57,408 nt of DNA from IMG/VR virus record IMGVR_UViG_3300048598_000451, positions 1 to 57,408 of that record. The stretch is one strand, 5' to 3'. Below the pieces are notes generated by a model. The model was given only the letters and a program-made list of their open reading frames with translations, searched no databases and was not told where the DNA came from. The stretch comes from a virus (lineage: Duplodnaviria; Caudoviricetes). Position 1 is the stretch's first letter; every line of letters starts with the position of its first letter. The translations under genes were made by a program, and so were the position numbers. Shown here piece after piece: positions 10,449 through 18,921 of the stretch.

Positions 10449-11792
10449 TCACACCCACCTGGGAGCAGCCTTCACGGTGGCGTGGGTGAATGGCGGGTCG
10501 AATTTATCCACGTATCTGAAGCCTGGCTTGTCGGGATCAGCAGCGCCAAAACTAACTGCACGGCGCGCGACGTCCGCCTCGGTCTTGAAGTCGAAACGCG
10601 GCTCGTACCGATTGATTGCTTTGACAGCCTCACAGGTCTTCGAGTCGAACCTCCGCGCGCGCAGCGCATTGCGCGCAGCCTCAACGAGTTTGTCTTTCAA
10701 TCCGGGCACCAGGCCTGAACCGCCAGTCACGACAATATTGAGGGGCTTGGCCACGGGTAACCAGCGGTCGTCCGGAATGCCGTGGACATATGTCTCTACG
10801 TGATCGCAGATTTGCTTCATCCATGCGCTTACGAACGGCAGGTTGCACCAGGAACTGCCAGAGACCTTCTGTGCCTCAGCTTCCCTGTATCCCATCAGTC
10901 GATTCTGCGCCCGGTAGTGCTTCAGGAGGTCTTCAGTCAGCTGGTTTCCTGCAATCGGAAAAGCGGGTGCAGGCCGAACATGATAAAAGGTAGGCCTACC
11001 AGTTTCCACGTTGGTTGTTCGGAGCATATAGCCAACATCGGTCGATCCGGCACCCACATCGACAACCAGAAGTTTCCCAAGCCCACCGATTCCTCTTTGT
11101 CTGGGCAGTTGCATAATGCGCAAATACGGTATGCCTGCCGCGCCTGATTCAACGATGAACCGCCATGTCGGACCGTCGTTCGACAAACAGAACCCAGTCC
11201 GATTGGCGCTTTCCAGGGTGACGCTCGAGAGCTTTGTGCCCGCTACTGCCTCTCTTGCCGCGTGAACCGTGCGTTTCCACTTGTCGATTGCGTAGGCCTT
11301 CCCTGGATGAGGTAGTGCACTCTCCGCACATTGTGCGACGATCGCCACGGCGACCTGGGTCGCCTCGCAAAAGTTCTGGGCGGCAACGGCGGCCTTCTTG
11401 CCATCTTCTGCTAGCCAGTTCGGGAAGGAGAATCCTAACTCGGCCTCCTCAAAGGAAACGCCCGAGACTTTTGCATGCAGTAAGCGTTTGGCTTCGGCGA
11501 CAAGGCAGGCAAGGGCGAACGCGACCGCCTCTCCCAAGGAAGTGCCCGTGTCCAATCTGTTCTCGCTGCTCCAAAACGGAGCCGCCAAGCTGTTCTTGAT
11601 CAAGTCTCCCTTCAGGCCTCGGATGATCTCGTCCTCTTTGCTGTGGTCACCGATACCAAAGGCGATTCTGCCATCGGCCGAGAGGATGTCGGAACTGAAA
11701 AGCGGTGCGTCGATGTACCGCTGCGTTGAGCTTATACAGAGCTTCGAGGAGTGAGTTCCCCAATCGATGCCAATGAACGCGTTATTAGACAT
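10449..11792 (-). CDS. Hsp70/actin-fold ATPase (nucleotide-binding domain only)
   Basis: Phosphate-1 IGIDWGTHSS, connect-1 ESGAAG, phosphate-2 VVDVGAGSTD, adenosine VVTGGSGLVPGL and connect-2 AVSFGAA. At 447 aa it ends just after connect-2, so there is no DnaK substrate-binding domain. Confidence 0.8.
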   Translation of the reverse strand: MSNNAFIGIDWGTHSSKLCISSTQRYIDAPLFSSDILSADGRIAFGIGDHSKEDEIIRGLKGDLIKNSLAAPFWSSENRLDTGTSLGEAVAFALACLVAEAKRLLHAKVSGVSFEEAELGFSFPNWLAEDGKKAAVAAQNFCEATQVAVAIVAQCAESALPHPGKAYAIDKWKRTVHAAREAVAGTKLSSVTLESANRTGFCLSNDGPTWRFIVESGAAGIPYLRIMQLPRQRGIGGLGKLLVVDVGAGSTDVGYMLRTTNVETGRPTFYHVRPAPAFPIAGNQLTEDLLKHYRAQNRLMGYREAEAQKVSGSSWCNLPFVSAWMKQICDHVETYVHGIPDDRWLPVAKPLNIVVTGGSGLVPGLKDKLVEAARNALRARRFDSKTCEAVKAINRYEPRFDFKTEADVARRAVSFGAADPDKPGFRYVDKFDPPFTHATVKAAPRWV

Positions 11793-13041
11793 TCGAGTTC
11801 TCCGTTGCTGCGCGAACTACTGCCTTAAATATGACCGACGATTTATTCGTGGTGACTCTTTGAACGCCTGGACGAACAACCCGAACCACGTCAGAGACGC
11901 CGGCTCCGTGTTCAAACTCGTGAATGGCTGGATGATATTGGGCGGTCTGGTCAGCCTCACCGATCAACTTGAGGCCGAAGAGGCGGCTCAGCGTGGTGGT
12001 CACCTCCTCGGCCAGCTCCCCACCCGGGGCCAGGCGCGCCGCCACATCCCAAGCTTTCATCATCAATCGGGCTAACTCCGTCGTTTCGACATCCTCGTGC
12101 AATCCAGGAGCGAATTCAAGAGCGGTGTCTTCGCCGACAGTCGATTCCGCATACTGGGAAAGCAGTTGCACACACGCTCGATCCAAGGAATCGGGTTTCG
12201 CGAGGTGCTTGGTCACGACTTCTCCAAATTCCCGTTGTTTTGCCGGAAAGTTGGCCATGGCGCGGAGGAGCGCTTGCACGTCGCTGAGACGAATCGAAAC
12301 AAGAGCACGATCTAACTCCGTTGATAATGCGATCCAAAGAGCGTCGGCCGCACCAAGTTTTTCCTCAGGCGGCATGGACAAGGCGTCCGGATCGAAGGAG
12401 TGCCGGTTCACAGCTCTGGTGAGCAAATCTGATCCCAAGGTCAACGAGCCGACCGTAGGATAGAGCTTGATCAATTCAAAAGAGCTCTGGACCAGATCCG
12501 TCAGCATCTGCTTTGGAGGCGCTGACTTGCCCATGCTCCATGTGGCCGCTTCCGCACGATGGTCCAGGAGACTAGCAGCGACTGAGAGGAACGCGCCGGC
12601 TGTCGCTTCCGTTGGGACCGCGCGCGGTATGCCGGTCTGCCAGAGCTTCGCAAATGAAAGAAGGCCTCTCGCCCACCTCCTGACATTCGGGCGCCCCTGC
12701 GTCTGCATGAGCGACCGGGCTGCGGTCAGCACGGCGAGGGCGTCAATAGACCGTTCCGGGACCGCAAGCAGACGCGCGAATTTCCAGCAGTCATCTAACT
12801 GAAGTGCGCTGCTAATGTGCTGCGATGTCAGAAGTTCGACGGGCGGCCTTGTGCCAACGGCTAAACAGAGGCGAAGCTGCACCAGAGGTTCTAGCATCGT
12901 CATCGAAGTAAGGAGGGCAGCTCGCTCCTCTTTCTTCTTCACGGGCCTGATTGGCGAACGTGGTGTACCCAACCTCGATTTCACCTCTATCGGTTCCATA
13001 ACTGTCTTTGAAAGCACCGAGTCTAACATTTCATCGGCCAC
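11785..13041 (-). CDS. Helical protein with a C-terminal GrpE-like beta domain
   Basis: C-terminus GLKLIGEADQTAQYHPAIHEF...VVRVVRPGVQR...VIFKAVVR matches the GrpE F/YDPxxHE...V..V...GY....RPA.V pattern. AGGAGG SD before GTG 13041. Overlaps the Hsp70-like gene by 8 nt. Confidence 0.6.
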   Translation of the reverse strand: MADEMLDSVLSKTVMEPIEVKSRLGTPRSPIRPVKKKEERAALLTSMTMLEPLVQLRLCLAVGTRPPVELLTSQHISSALQLDDCWKFARLLAVPERSIDALAVLTAARSLMQTQGRPNVRRWARGLLSFAKLWQTGIPRAVPTEATAGAFLSVAASLLDHRAEAATWSMGKSAPPKQMLTDLVQSSFELIKLYPTVGSLTLGSDLLTRAVNRHSFDPDALSMPPEEKLGAADALWIALSTELDRALVSIRLSDVQALLRAMANFPAKQREFGEVVTKHLAKPDSLDRACVQLLSQYAESTVGEDTALEFAPGLHEDVETTELARLMMKAWDVAARLAPGGELAEEVTTTLSRLFGLKLIGEADQTAQYHPAIHEFEHGAGVSDVVRVVRPGVQRVTTNKSSVIFKAVVRAATENSNV

Positions 13042-13082
13042 GTGAGCCTCCTGTTCCAGGTTCTTGCGCACCAGACACGCGT

Positions 13083-13874
13083 CTACAAATCTTCCAACCG
13101 CAGTGCGTCATACGCGTCCTCCAACCAGCCTGGGGTTGCCTCGTCCAAGGCCGCCCAATAGGCGTCGCCACACAGCAGTTGGTACGTCTCAAGGATGCGT
13201 TCGAGTCTCAGCGTTGAGACGAGGGGCTCATCGTCCTGGAGAAGGAGGACCAGCCGCTGCATCCGTTCCTGGAGGGGGACGACGATACGAGGGATCTCTT
13301 CCCAAATCTGGTCCTGCATCTCTTCTGCAGGAGACACGAGGCATGGAATCCGCAGCCCTGCGAATCGGTGTAGTACCAGCAGTGGCATCCGTTCCGGCTC
13401 GATCACAATGATTCCCCATTGGAGGGCGAAGCGCCTCGCCTCTTCAGACAGGGGGTATCCGCTAAATAGGAGGCGGTACAACGGGCGCTTTCTAATCGTT
13501 CGATTTGCGGCAGCCAAGAAGTCCAGACCCTTCTGATTGAAGACGAGCATCTCATTCTTGCCCAGTTGTGAGCTGAGGTATTTCATCTCAACGTGAATTA
13601 TGAGGTCCGGCATCGCGATGACGGCGTCACTTTCGTGGGCGAAGCCGGAGGCACTTTGTTGGCCGCAGAGAGTTCTCGATCCAGGAACTTCGGTTAGGCG
13701 CAGCCGCTTCGAATCGCAATAGCGGCAGAAGAGCTTCTCCAGGAACCTGCCGCGTTCCGGCCCTGAAAGCGCAAATGGTTCCCAGCATTGCACGATGGCG
13801 AAGCAGTCAAGCGCGAGATCATACAGGAACCTTGGGAAATGCACCTCGGGACGCCTGAGGAAAAAAGGACTCAT
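13083..13874 (-). CDS. PD-(D/E)XK restriction-endonuclease-fold protein (Mrr_cat-like)
   Basis: RGRFLEKLF helix, SGFAHESDAV...HVEMKY catalytic motif and LSEEARRFALQWGIIVI tail. Confidence 0.6.
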   Translation of the reverse strand: MSPFFLRRPEVHFPRFLYDLALDCFAIVQCWEPFALSGPERGRFLEKLFCRYCDSKRLRLTEVPGSRTLCGQQSASGFAHESDAVIAMPDLIIHVEMKYLSSQLGKNEMLVFNQKGLDFLAAANRTIRKRPLYRLLFSGYPLSEEARRFALQWGIIVIEPERMPLLVLHRFAGLRIPCLVSPAEEMQDQIWEEIPRIVVPLQERMQRLVLLLQDDEPLVSTLRLERILETYQLLCGDAYWAALDEATPGWLEDAYDALRLEDL

Positions 13875-13880
13875 GTTCCC

Positions 13881-15044
13881 TCATTTCTTCACGACCCGAA
13901 CCAGTCCGATGTTGCGGTTTCCCACCCGCAGTGGACGATCATATTGGCCGCGCTGTCTCTGAATCTCAAGAGTGAGGTCGAACTCGTCGGATCCGGTGTA
14001 GTGTTCTTCCATAAGGCGGTCGAACACAGACTCCTGACACCGGTTATCGAAGCAAAACACCGCGCGCAACTGCCAGGCCAGCGCGTAGGTTCCCTTCGTC
14101 AGCCTCTGCATTTTGATGTACGAGTTGTAGAGCTTCGGCAGAAACCCATCCGCGGTTCTGTTAAGGCCGCTGTCATAAAGAAGGGCAGCTACACCCCGCT
14201 CGTCCGACGTGGTTTGAATTGTTGCGGTTCGAAAGACCAGACGGCCGTCATACTCCGGGTGATCGCTGGTACTCTGCCAGAGCTTCCACTCCTGGCCCAG
14301 GGACCACAGGGTGCGGTGCGTCCGGTAGTCAAATGTTAACCCGTCGCCGCGCAGGAGCGCAGGAAGTACGTAGTCATTGATCTTGAGGAGAAATTTCTTG
14401 GCGAACTCCGCCGGCTCTTCGGACATGGCGCTAAGACTGACCTCGTCAAGAAGTGATCGGACCCCCTCGACGATTCCCGATCGTTCGTCCGAGGTGAGTG
14501 GCCGCGCCATCCGGCGGTCTAGGGCCGCGATGACGCCATCGACGTCAAATTGCTTTCTTGATACGTCTTCGACTAGCGCGCTGGCGGTGGCGTATTTCGG
14601 TGAAACGTGGTCTTTGAGTGACGTGACGACGGGCGCGAACAGATGGTTTTTGTTGATCGCTCGCACGAAGGCCCGCAGGTAAGGATGCGTCGCGAACATG
14701 AGTTTGAAGAGGGCGTCATATGCTTCGGCCCGCTGCTCTTTTGGGAGGGTGACGAGTTTCCGTCCAGCATCCGTAATGGCGACCTCCCGATCCCGCAGCT
14801 GCTCGAACGAACGGCGGCTCTTTGGAGCCGGACCGACTTCTAGGAGTCCAAGTCGGCCTAGTTCCTGCGCATTGTAGGCCGCAGTTGACCACAGAAGATC
14901 GCCGCTCACCTTACGTTTCCGCTGTACACAGAAATGCTGCCGGAGCAGCTCAAGAGTGATCGCCGTGTCCTTGGCAGCGACTCGCAGCGTAAAGAACAGA
15001 TCGCTCAGACTGGTACGCGGGATAGAGTCGGTCTCTGCCGGCAT
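13881..15044 (-). CDS. Uncharacterised 387-aa protein with a probable N-terminal winged helix
   Basis: ATG 7 nt after the ATPase stop. ELGRLGLLE...VAITDAGRKLV looks like a wHTH wing. No catalytic motif recognised. Confidence 0.6.
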   Translation of the reverse strand: MPAETDSIPRTSLSDLFFTLRVAAKDTAITLELLRQHFCVQRKRKVSGDLLWSTAAYNAQELGRLGLLEVGPAPKSRRSFEQLRDREVAITDAGRKLVTLPKEQRAEAYDALFKLMFATHPYLRAFVRAINKNHLFAPVVTSLKDHVSPKYATASALVEDVSRKQFDVDGVIAALDRRMARPLTSDERSGIVEGVRSLLDEVSLSAMSEEPAEFAKKFLLKINDYVLPALLRGDGLTFDYRTHRTLWSLGQEWKLWQSTSDHPEYDGRLVFRTATIQTTSDERGVAALLYDSGLNRTADGFLPKLYNSYIKMQRLTKGTYALAWQLRAVFCFDNRCQESVFDRLMEEHYTGSDEFDLTLEIQRQRGQYDRPLRVGNRNIGLVRVVKK

Positions 15045-15051
15045 GGCTGAC

Positions 15052-16371
15052 CTATCGTTCCGGGTTGCTGAAGTCATCGTCTTCATCCGCCGGCGGGACA
15101 CCGGAGACGCTGTCGGCGTCGTCCTCAAGCAATGGGGTAACAAATGCCAAGTCGATCTTGCGCCGCTGGTTGACGATCGCGTTGTCCAGAATTGCCCCAA
15201 GTTTCTCCAGGAATCGCCGCGGGTTGCCATTCGCAGCGAGACGCACGGCCTCGATAATGTCGGCGTCGAACGGGTGTAAGGAGTTGGTGGGCTTGACCCC
15301 CGATGGCCGGTTGTCAGCGAGGTACCTCTCGGCGAGGATCTTGGCTTCTTGTTTTGTCGTCAGGCCCTGAAGGTCCACGATCCGTGTTGCATTGATGAGC
15401 TTCTGCGGGTCCAAGGACGGCAGATGCTCGATGTTGTCCCACCAGCCCTCAATCGCCTGCAATGCGTGTACGTGCATTTGAAAAACGAACGATGCCATGC
15501 CATCGGTTGGCGAGGTCTGGCACATAGATTCGCGAAGAATTTTCAGATCTCTTTCCTGATTCCGGGCGAAGCGAGCGAAATTCTCGATTTGGTCGACGAA
15601 GTACACAACGTAGACCACCCCAGCGATCAGAAGAAACGCATTGAAGATGTGAACGAAGTTGAATCCCTGCGCCGCCTTAATTCGCGGGCCGATTTCATGA
15701 CGGATGAAATGGATCAGAGCCTCCGTGTCATCGTGGCAGAGCTTTTGAATGAACTCTTCGATCTTCGGATGCGTGAGCTGAACATTCAAACCCCGGTACC
15801 TGCGGAGCTCTTTCTGAAGTGCCCGAAGGATCGCTTCACTCTCGTAGCCCTCTTCGGCGTCGATCCGACTTGAGATTCGTTCACGGAGTGCGAGATGCAC
15901 ATTGGCGCTGCTGTTCGAGCTTTCCAAGATGAACGCGACTGCGTCGAGGAGGGCGGCCGGAAAGGACTTGACGTCCTTGGCCTGATCAAAAGTGCAGTAG
16001 CCGGCGAGGAAAGGATTCTCGGCGGCCTCGGCCTGTCCAAAACCGAGCGCCAGTAATTTCCCCAAGCCAAAGTCGGCGTTGATGCGGATGGATTCCTCCG
16101 CCATGAGAACGCTCTTCCCGTACCCTTTGCCTGCTTTGTCCCCGGTATGGGAAGACCATACGGCACCCACGACTTGCTTGTTATTCTCCTTACTCATCGG
16201 AACCAGGAAGAACTTCTGGTAGAACTCTTCGAATTGGTCTCCGTAGATCTCAGGGACGTAGGTCCCCCTTCGATCCACGCTGTAGATCTCGCTGGTTCTA
16301 AACGGGTTCTCAACGAGTTGAAACACGTCGGCCATGAGGTCCTTACCGTCCGTCTTCAATTTGAGTGGCAT
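15052..16371 (-). CDS. P-loop AAA+ ATPase (ORC/CDC6- or ExeA-like architecture)
   Basis: N-terminal ENPF, Walker A AGKGYGKS, Walker B VVYFVDQIE and lid HPF...ANGNPRRFL. Acidic tail. AAGGAG SD. Confidence 0.8.
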   Translation of the reverse strand: MPLKLKTDGKDLMADVFQLVENPFRTSEIYSVDRRGTYVPEIYGDQFEEFYQKFFLVPMSKENNKQVVGAVWSSHTGDKAGKGYGKSVLMAEESIRINADFGLGKLLALGFGQAEAAENPFLAGYCTFDQAKDVKSFPAALLDAVAFILESSNSSANVHLALRERISSRIDAEEGYESEAILRALQKELRRYRGLNVQLTHPKIEEFIQKLCHDDTEALIHFIRHEIGPRIKAAQGFNFVHIFNAFLLIAGVVYVVYFVDQIENFARFARNQERDLKILRESMCQTSPTDGMASFVFQMHVHALQAIEGWWDNIEHLPSLDPQKLINATRIVDLQGLTTKQEAKILAERYLADNRPSGVKPTNSLHPFDADIIEAVRLAANGNPRRFLEKLGAILDNAIVNQRRKIDLAFVTPLLEDDADSVSGVPPADEDDDFSNPER

Positions 16372-16386
16372 CGCTTCTCCTTTCGG

Positions 16387-16443
16387 TGACAGTACATCAC
16401 GAATGATGAATTCTGATTATGATGCATTCGCGTTGTACTGTCA
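16387..16443. repeat. 19-bp imperfect inverted repeat (17/19) with a 19-bp spacer; candidate operator
   Basis: TGACAGTACATCACGAATG (16387-16405) pairs with CATTCGCGTTGTACTGTCA (16425-16443). Confidence 0.85.
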
Positions 16444-16444
16444 A
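16416..16444 (-). promoter_or_regulatory. Near-consensus sigma70 promoter of the five-gene operon
   Basis: Minus strand reads TTGACA (16444-16439), 17-nt spacer, CATAAT (16421-16416), about 45 nt upstream of the ATPase start. Confidence 0.75.
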
Positions 16445-16696
16445 CGGGAAAGTTGTCGTTGCGCGTGCGCAGCTCTTGTGGCAGGAACCGACCGAGCACC
16501 GGCGCTGTCCACAGCTCGATGTCGAGCCGCTCGCCCTACAGGCCGCGGGGCTCGATTGGCTCCATGGGAGAGGTATACGTAAATAGCTTAGATGCAATGG
16601 ACTAGGAGAATTCTTGGTCTCCACATGCTTTCCACAGGCACCGGTCGGCAAGAACTCGATTTGCCCGGTTTTCATTGAGATCCGTTGTTGAATCTT

Positions 16697-16711
16697 GTTC
16701 GTGTTTTGTTC
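16697..16711 (+). promoter_or_regulatory. LexA (SOS) box, GTTC-N7-GTTC type
   Basis: GTTC-gtgtttt-GTTC. It overlaps a putative -35 TTGTTC (16695-16700), 18 nt from an extended -10 TGcTACCCT (16716-16724), upstream of 16807. This motif is the established LexA box of Alphaproteobacteria and Acidobacterium. Confidence 0.7.
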
Positions 16712-16806
16712 GCCATGCTACCCTTTGATGTTGTACTCCAGGTCACGACCTTCCCCCACCGGGCCTGCTGATACAGCCACAACGTCCCTGGGAGGTGGCC
16801 CCCGCG

Positions 16807-17991
16807 ATGGTTCGCTTCAACCCGAAGAGCTTCGCGCAGCCGGATCTGTTGAAGACTATTCAACCCGGCAACCTGATCCGCCTCCTGGAACCCTGCCGTG
16901 GGTTTCTGGAGGATCGCGGCTTGTCTTTGCCGCGTGAGGACAGTCCCGACATTGACTACGAGAAGCTGTCGGGCATCCTGGCGCAACCCGACGAGTTCAT
17001 GGACTCCCATGTTGTCGAGGGGCTGCACGTGATCGGCAACCTCGGAACAGACGGGAACTTCGACCAACTCCTCGACATCTCCCGCCGCAACTTCATCGAG
17101 GTGGACATGGAGGCCACCGCCGCCGACCTGGCGGCCCGGATCTGGATCGAGGCGCCGCAGGCACTGCTGCTGAAAGAGCGTGAGGCGGGATCTCATCGGC
17201 GCCGGAAGTTCGAGAGCTTCCGCGCGCGCGACCCGGAGGCGGTGGTCCCACTCGAGCAACTGCCGATCCAGTTCGACGAACTGGAGGCCGACCTCGAGGG
17301 TTGGTTCATGGCCAAGAAGCGCGGCATCGGCTGCCGCGTGATCCGAATCGACATCGATGGCGAGATCCGCTTTATGGTCCAACACGGGCAACTCTGCAAG
17401 CGGGAGCCCAGCCGTAAGGGCGCGCAGTCCACCTGCACGTTCTTCCGGCCGGAGAAGACGGACTTGGTCATTTACGACGCGGTGAACAACGAGCTGCGGA
17501 TCAGCACGAGCACGATCGGGGAGTTGCGGCTCTACCGGGAGAAGTTCGGCAAGCACGTGTTTGGCGATGCGGAGAAGTTCGTCTACACCCAGAAGTACAC
17601 CCTGGCGCCCTTGAGGACGGATGGGATCGCGTCCCTTCAATGCCGCGACGTCGGCGGGGTGGAGTGGGTCCGCCTCACCGAGCTTGAGTGTCTGTGGCCG
17701 AGTGCATTCGACTACACGGAGAAGCTTAAGGCATGCGACCTGTTCCGGGCGATGGAACTGCGGCAAAGGAAGCTTGATGCGGACGCCGAGTTGCTCCACG
17801 CGCGGTTCGCAGTGAAGCTCGCCGGCGAACCGAGCCCCAGACCGGTGTTGGTCCAGCCGCCGAATATCGCGGAGTATGGCCGCGGCGAGGAGGCCGCCAT
17901 AATCGAGCAATGGCTGCGCGCCCGCGGTTTCGTGATTGTGGGATCGGTGGCAGACGATGAGAACACTCAGTCATTTATGGCGGTCGCTTGA
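16807..17991 (+). CDS. Uncharacterised ~394-aa protein, first gene of the LexA-box unit
   Basis: Long ORF with typical codon usage and GGAGG upstream; alternative GTG at 16795. No motif recognised. Confidence 0.75.
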   Translation: MVRFNPKSFAQPDLLKTIQPGNLIRLLEPCRGFLEDRGLSLPREDSPDIDYEKLSGILAQPDEFMDSHVVEGLHVIGNLGTDGNFDQLLDISRRNFIEVDMEATAADLAARIWIEAPQALLLKEREAGSHRRRKFESFRARDPEAVVPLEQLPIQFDELEADLEGWFMAKKRGIGCRVIRIDIDGEIRFMVQHGQLCKREPSRKGAQSTCTFFRPEKTDLVIYDAVNNELRISTSTIGELRLYREKFGKHVFGDAEKFVYTQKYTLAPLRTDGIASLQCRDVGGVEWVRLTELECLWPSAFDYTEKLKACDLFRAMELRQRKLDADAELLHARFAVKLAGEPSPRPVLVQPPNIAEYGRGEEAAIIEQWLRARGFVIVGSVADDENTQSFMAVA

Positions 17992-18817
17992 GGCGATACC
18001 TGGCCTGCTCGCGATCCCCGCGTTTTGGGAGGCGCACTGCGGGCCCGACATCGACTTAGTTCGGCCGCACCTTCGGGTGACGGACACGGAAGGATCGCTG
18101 TACCCATGTCCGAAGCCGCACGTCGGCTACTGCCCGCGGAAGATCATCGACTACGGCAACGGCGAGTTCGCCGCGATCTGCCGCGACCCATATGAGATCT
18201 GCGAGAGGGTCACCCTGACGCAACGGGACGTCCTCCTTCAACAGCTGGATATCGCCAGCCTCGCTCGCGTGCTCGCCGGGCCGCTTGGGGTTCGATGGCA
18301 GGAGCCCGTACCGAGGGGCGATGGAACGTGGGGCATCGGCGTGTCGGAGCGGCGCGAGAGTCGGTCTCATCCCGTTTTCCTTGTGGTGTTACCTGAGACT
18401 GCGCGATTCGTCGCCGTTGTTCAACGGCTGTTGCTCAACATGGCCGGCCCGTTCGTTTTGGTCGCTCCAACCAAACGCCACCGAACCCTGGAGGTCCAGG
18501 AGATGATGCAGGCGCGCGGTGTCGGCTTCCTGCCGCTCGAAGAGCACCTATTACTCGACGATGCCGGTCGGTTGACGTCTGTCAATCCCCAAGAAACCGG
18601 CGGCGAGGCTCCGGTCACGCCGAAAGAAGACCGCCGGCGCGTGGTGAAGGAATTCTCTGCCCGCAATCACTGCAAGGTGAAGGACATCCAGGATGCCGCC
18701 GGCGTGGATGAGGCCGACTACTACAAGTGGCTGCGCGGCAAGTTGCCGGATCACTACGCTGCGAGCCGAAACATAGAAAAGATCCTGCATCACGGCCTGC
18801 CCAAACGGTCCCGTTAG
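17957..18817 (+). CDS. Putative transcriptional regulator (Cys-rich N-terminal part, C-terminal HTH)
   Basis: CPKPHVGYCP...ICRDPYEIC is a possible metal site. C-terminal KVKDIQDAAGVDEADYYKWLRG is HTH-like. Overlaps the upstream gene. Confidence 0.65.
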   Translation: MRTLSHLWRSLEAIPGLLAIPAFWEAHCGPDIDLVRPHLRVTDTEGSLYPCPKPHVGYCPRKIIDYGNGEFAAICRDPYEICERVTLTQRDVLLQQLDIASLARVLAGPLGVRWQEPVPRGDGTWGIGVSERRESRSHPVFLVVLPETARFVAVVQRLLLNMAGPFVLVAPTKRHRTLEVQEMMQARGVGFLPLEEHLLLDDAGRLTSVNPQETGGEAPVTPKEDRRRVVKEFSARNHCKVKDIQDAAGVDEADYYKWLRGKLPDHYAASRNIEKILHHGLPKRSR

Positions 18818-18818
18818 C

Positions 18819-18869
18819 TTTACCCAGTTTCTCCCCAGTTTCCCAGGATTGATTTACCCAGCCACCCAG
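18819..18869 (+). repeat. Five CCCAG direct repeats upstream of the early operon
   Basis: CCCAG at 18823, 18834, 18842, 18857 and 18865; TTTACCCAG occurs twice. Confidence 0.7.
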
Positions 18870-18921
18870 GCCGGATTATGAGCCTGTACCAACCGCGTAG
18901 ATGGCGGGAGGGACGGGCAAA

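Noticed and set aside
10276-10458. 60-aa ORF between the Hsp70-like and SNF2 genes
   Set aside because: No SD or recognisable motif; more likely intergenic or promoter sequence.
10449-13041. Housekeeping dnaK-grpE or mreB locus
   Set aside because: No substrate-binding domain, DnaJ, HrcA or MreCD; the sequences are highly divergent and the context is a mobile island.
7381-16371. DISARM, BREX or Ssp/Dnd system
   Set aside because: No DrmA/DrmB(DUF1998)/PLD, PglZ/PglX/BrxL or PAPS-reductase motifs were recognised.
16387-16443. Serine-recombinase att site or invertible switch
   Set aside because: The symmetry centre is a single base rather than a dinucleotide, the spacer is very short for inversion, and the overlap with a promoter favours an operator. 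Not fully excluded.
16397-16675. 92-aa minus-strand ORF upstream of the ATPase
   Set aside because: It runs through the promoter and inverted repeat, has atypical composition and has no SD.
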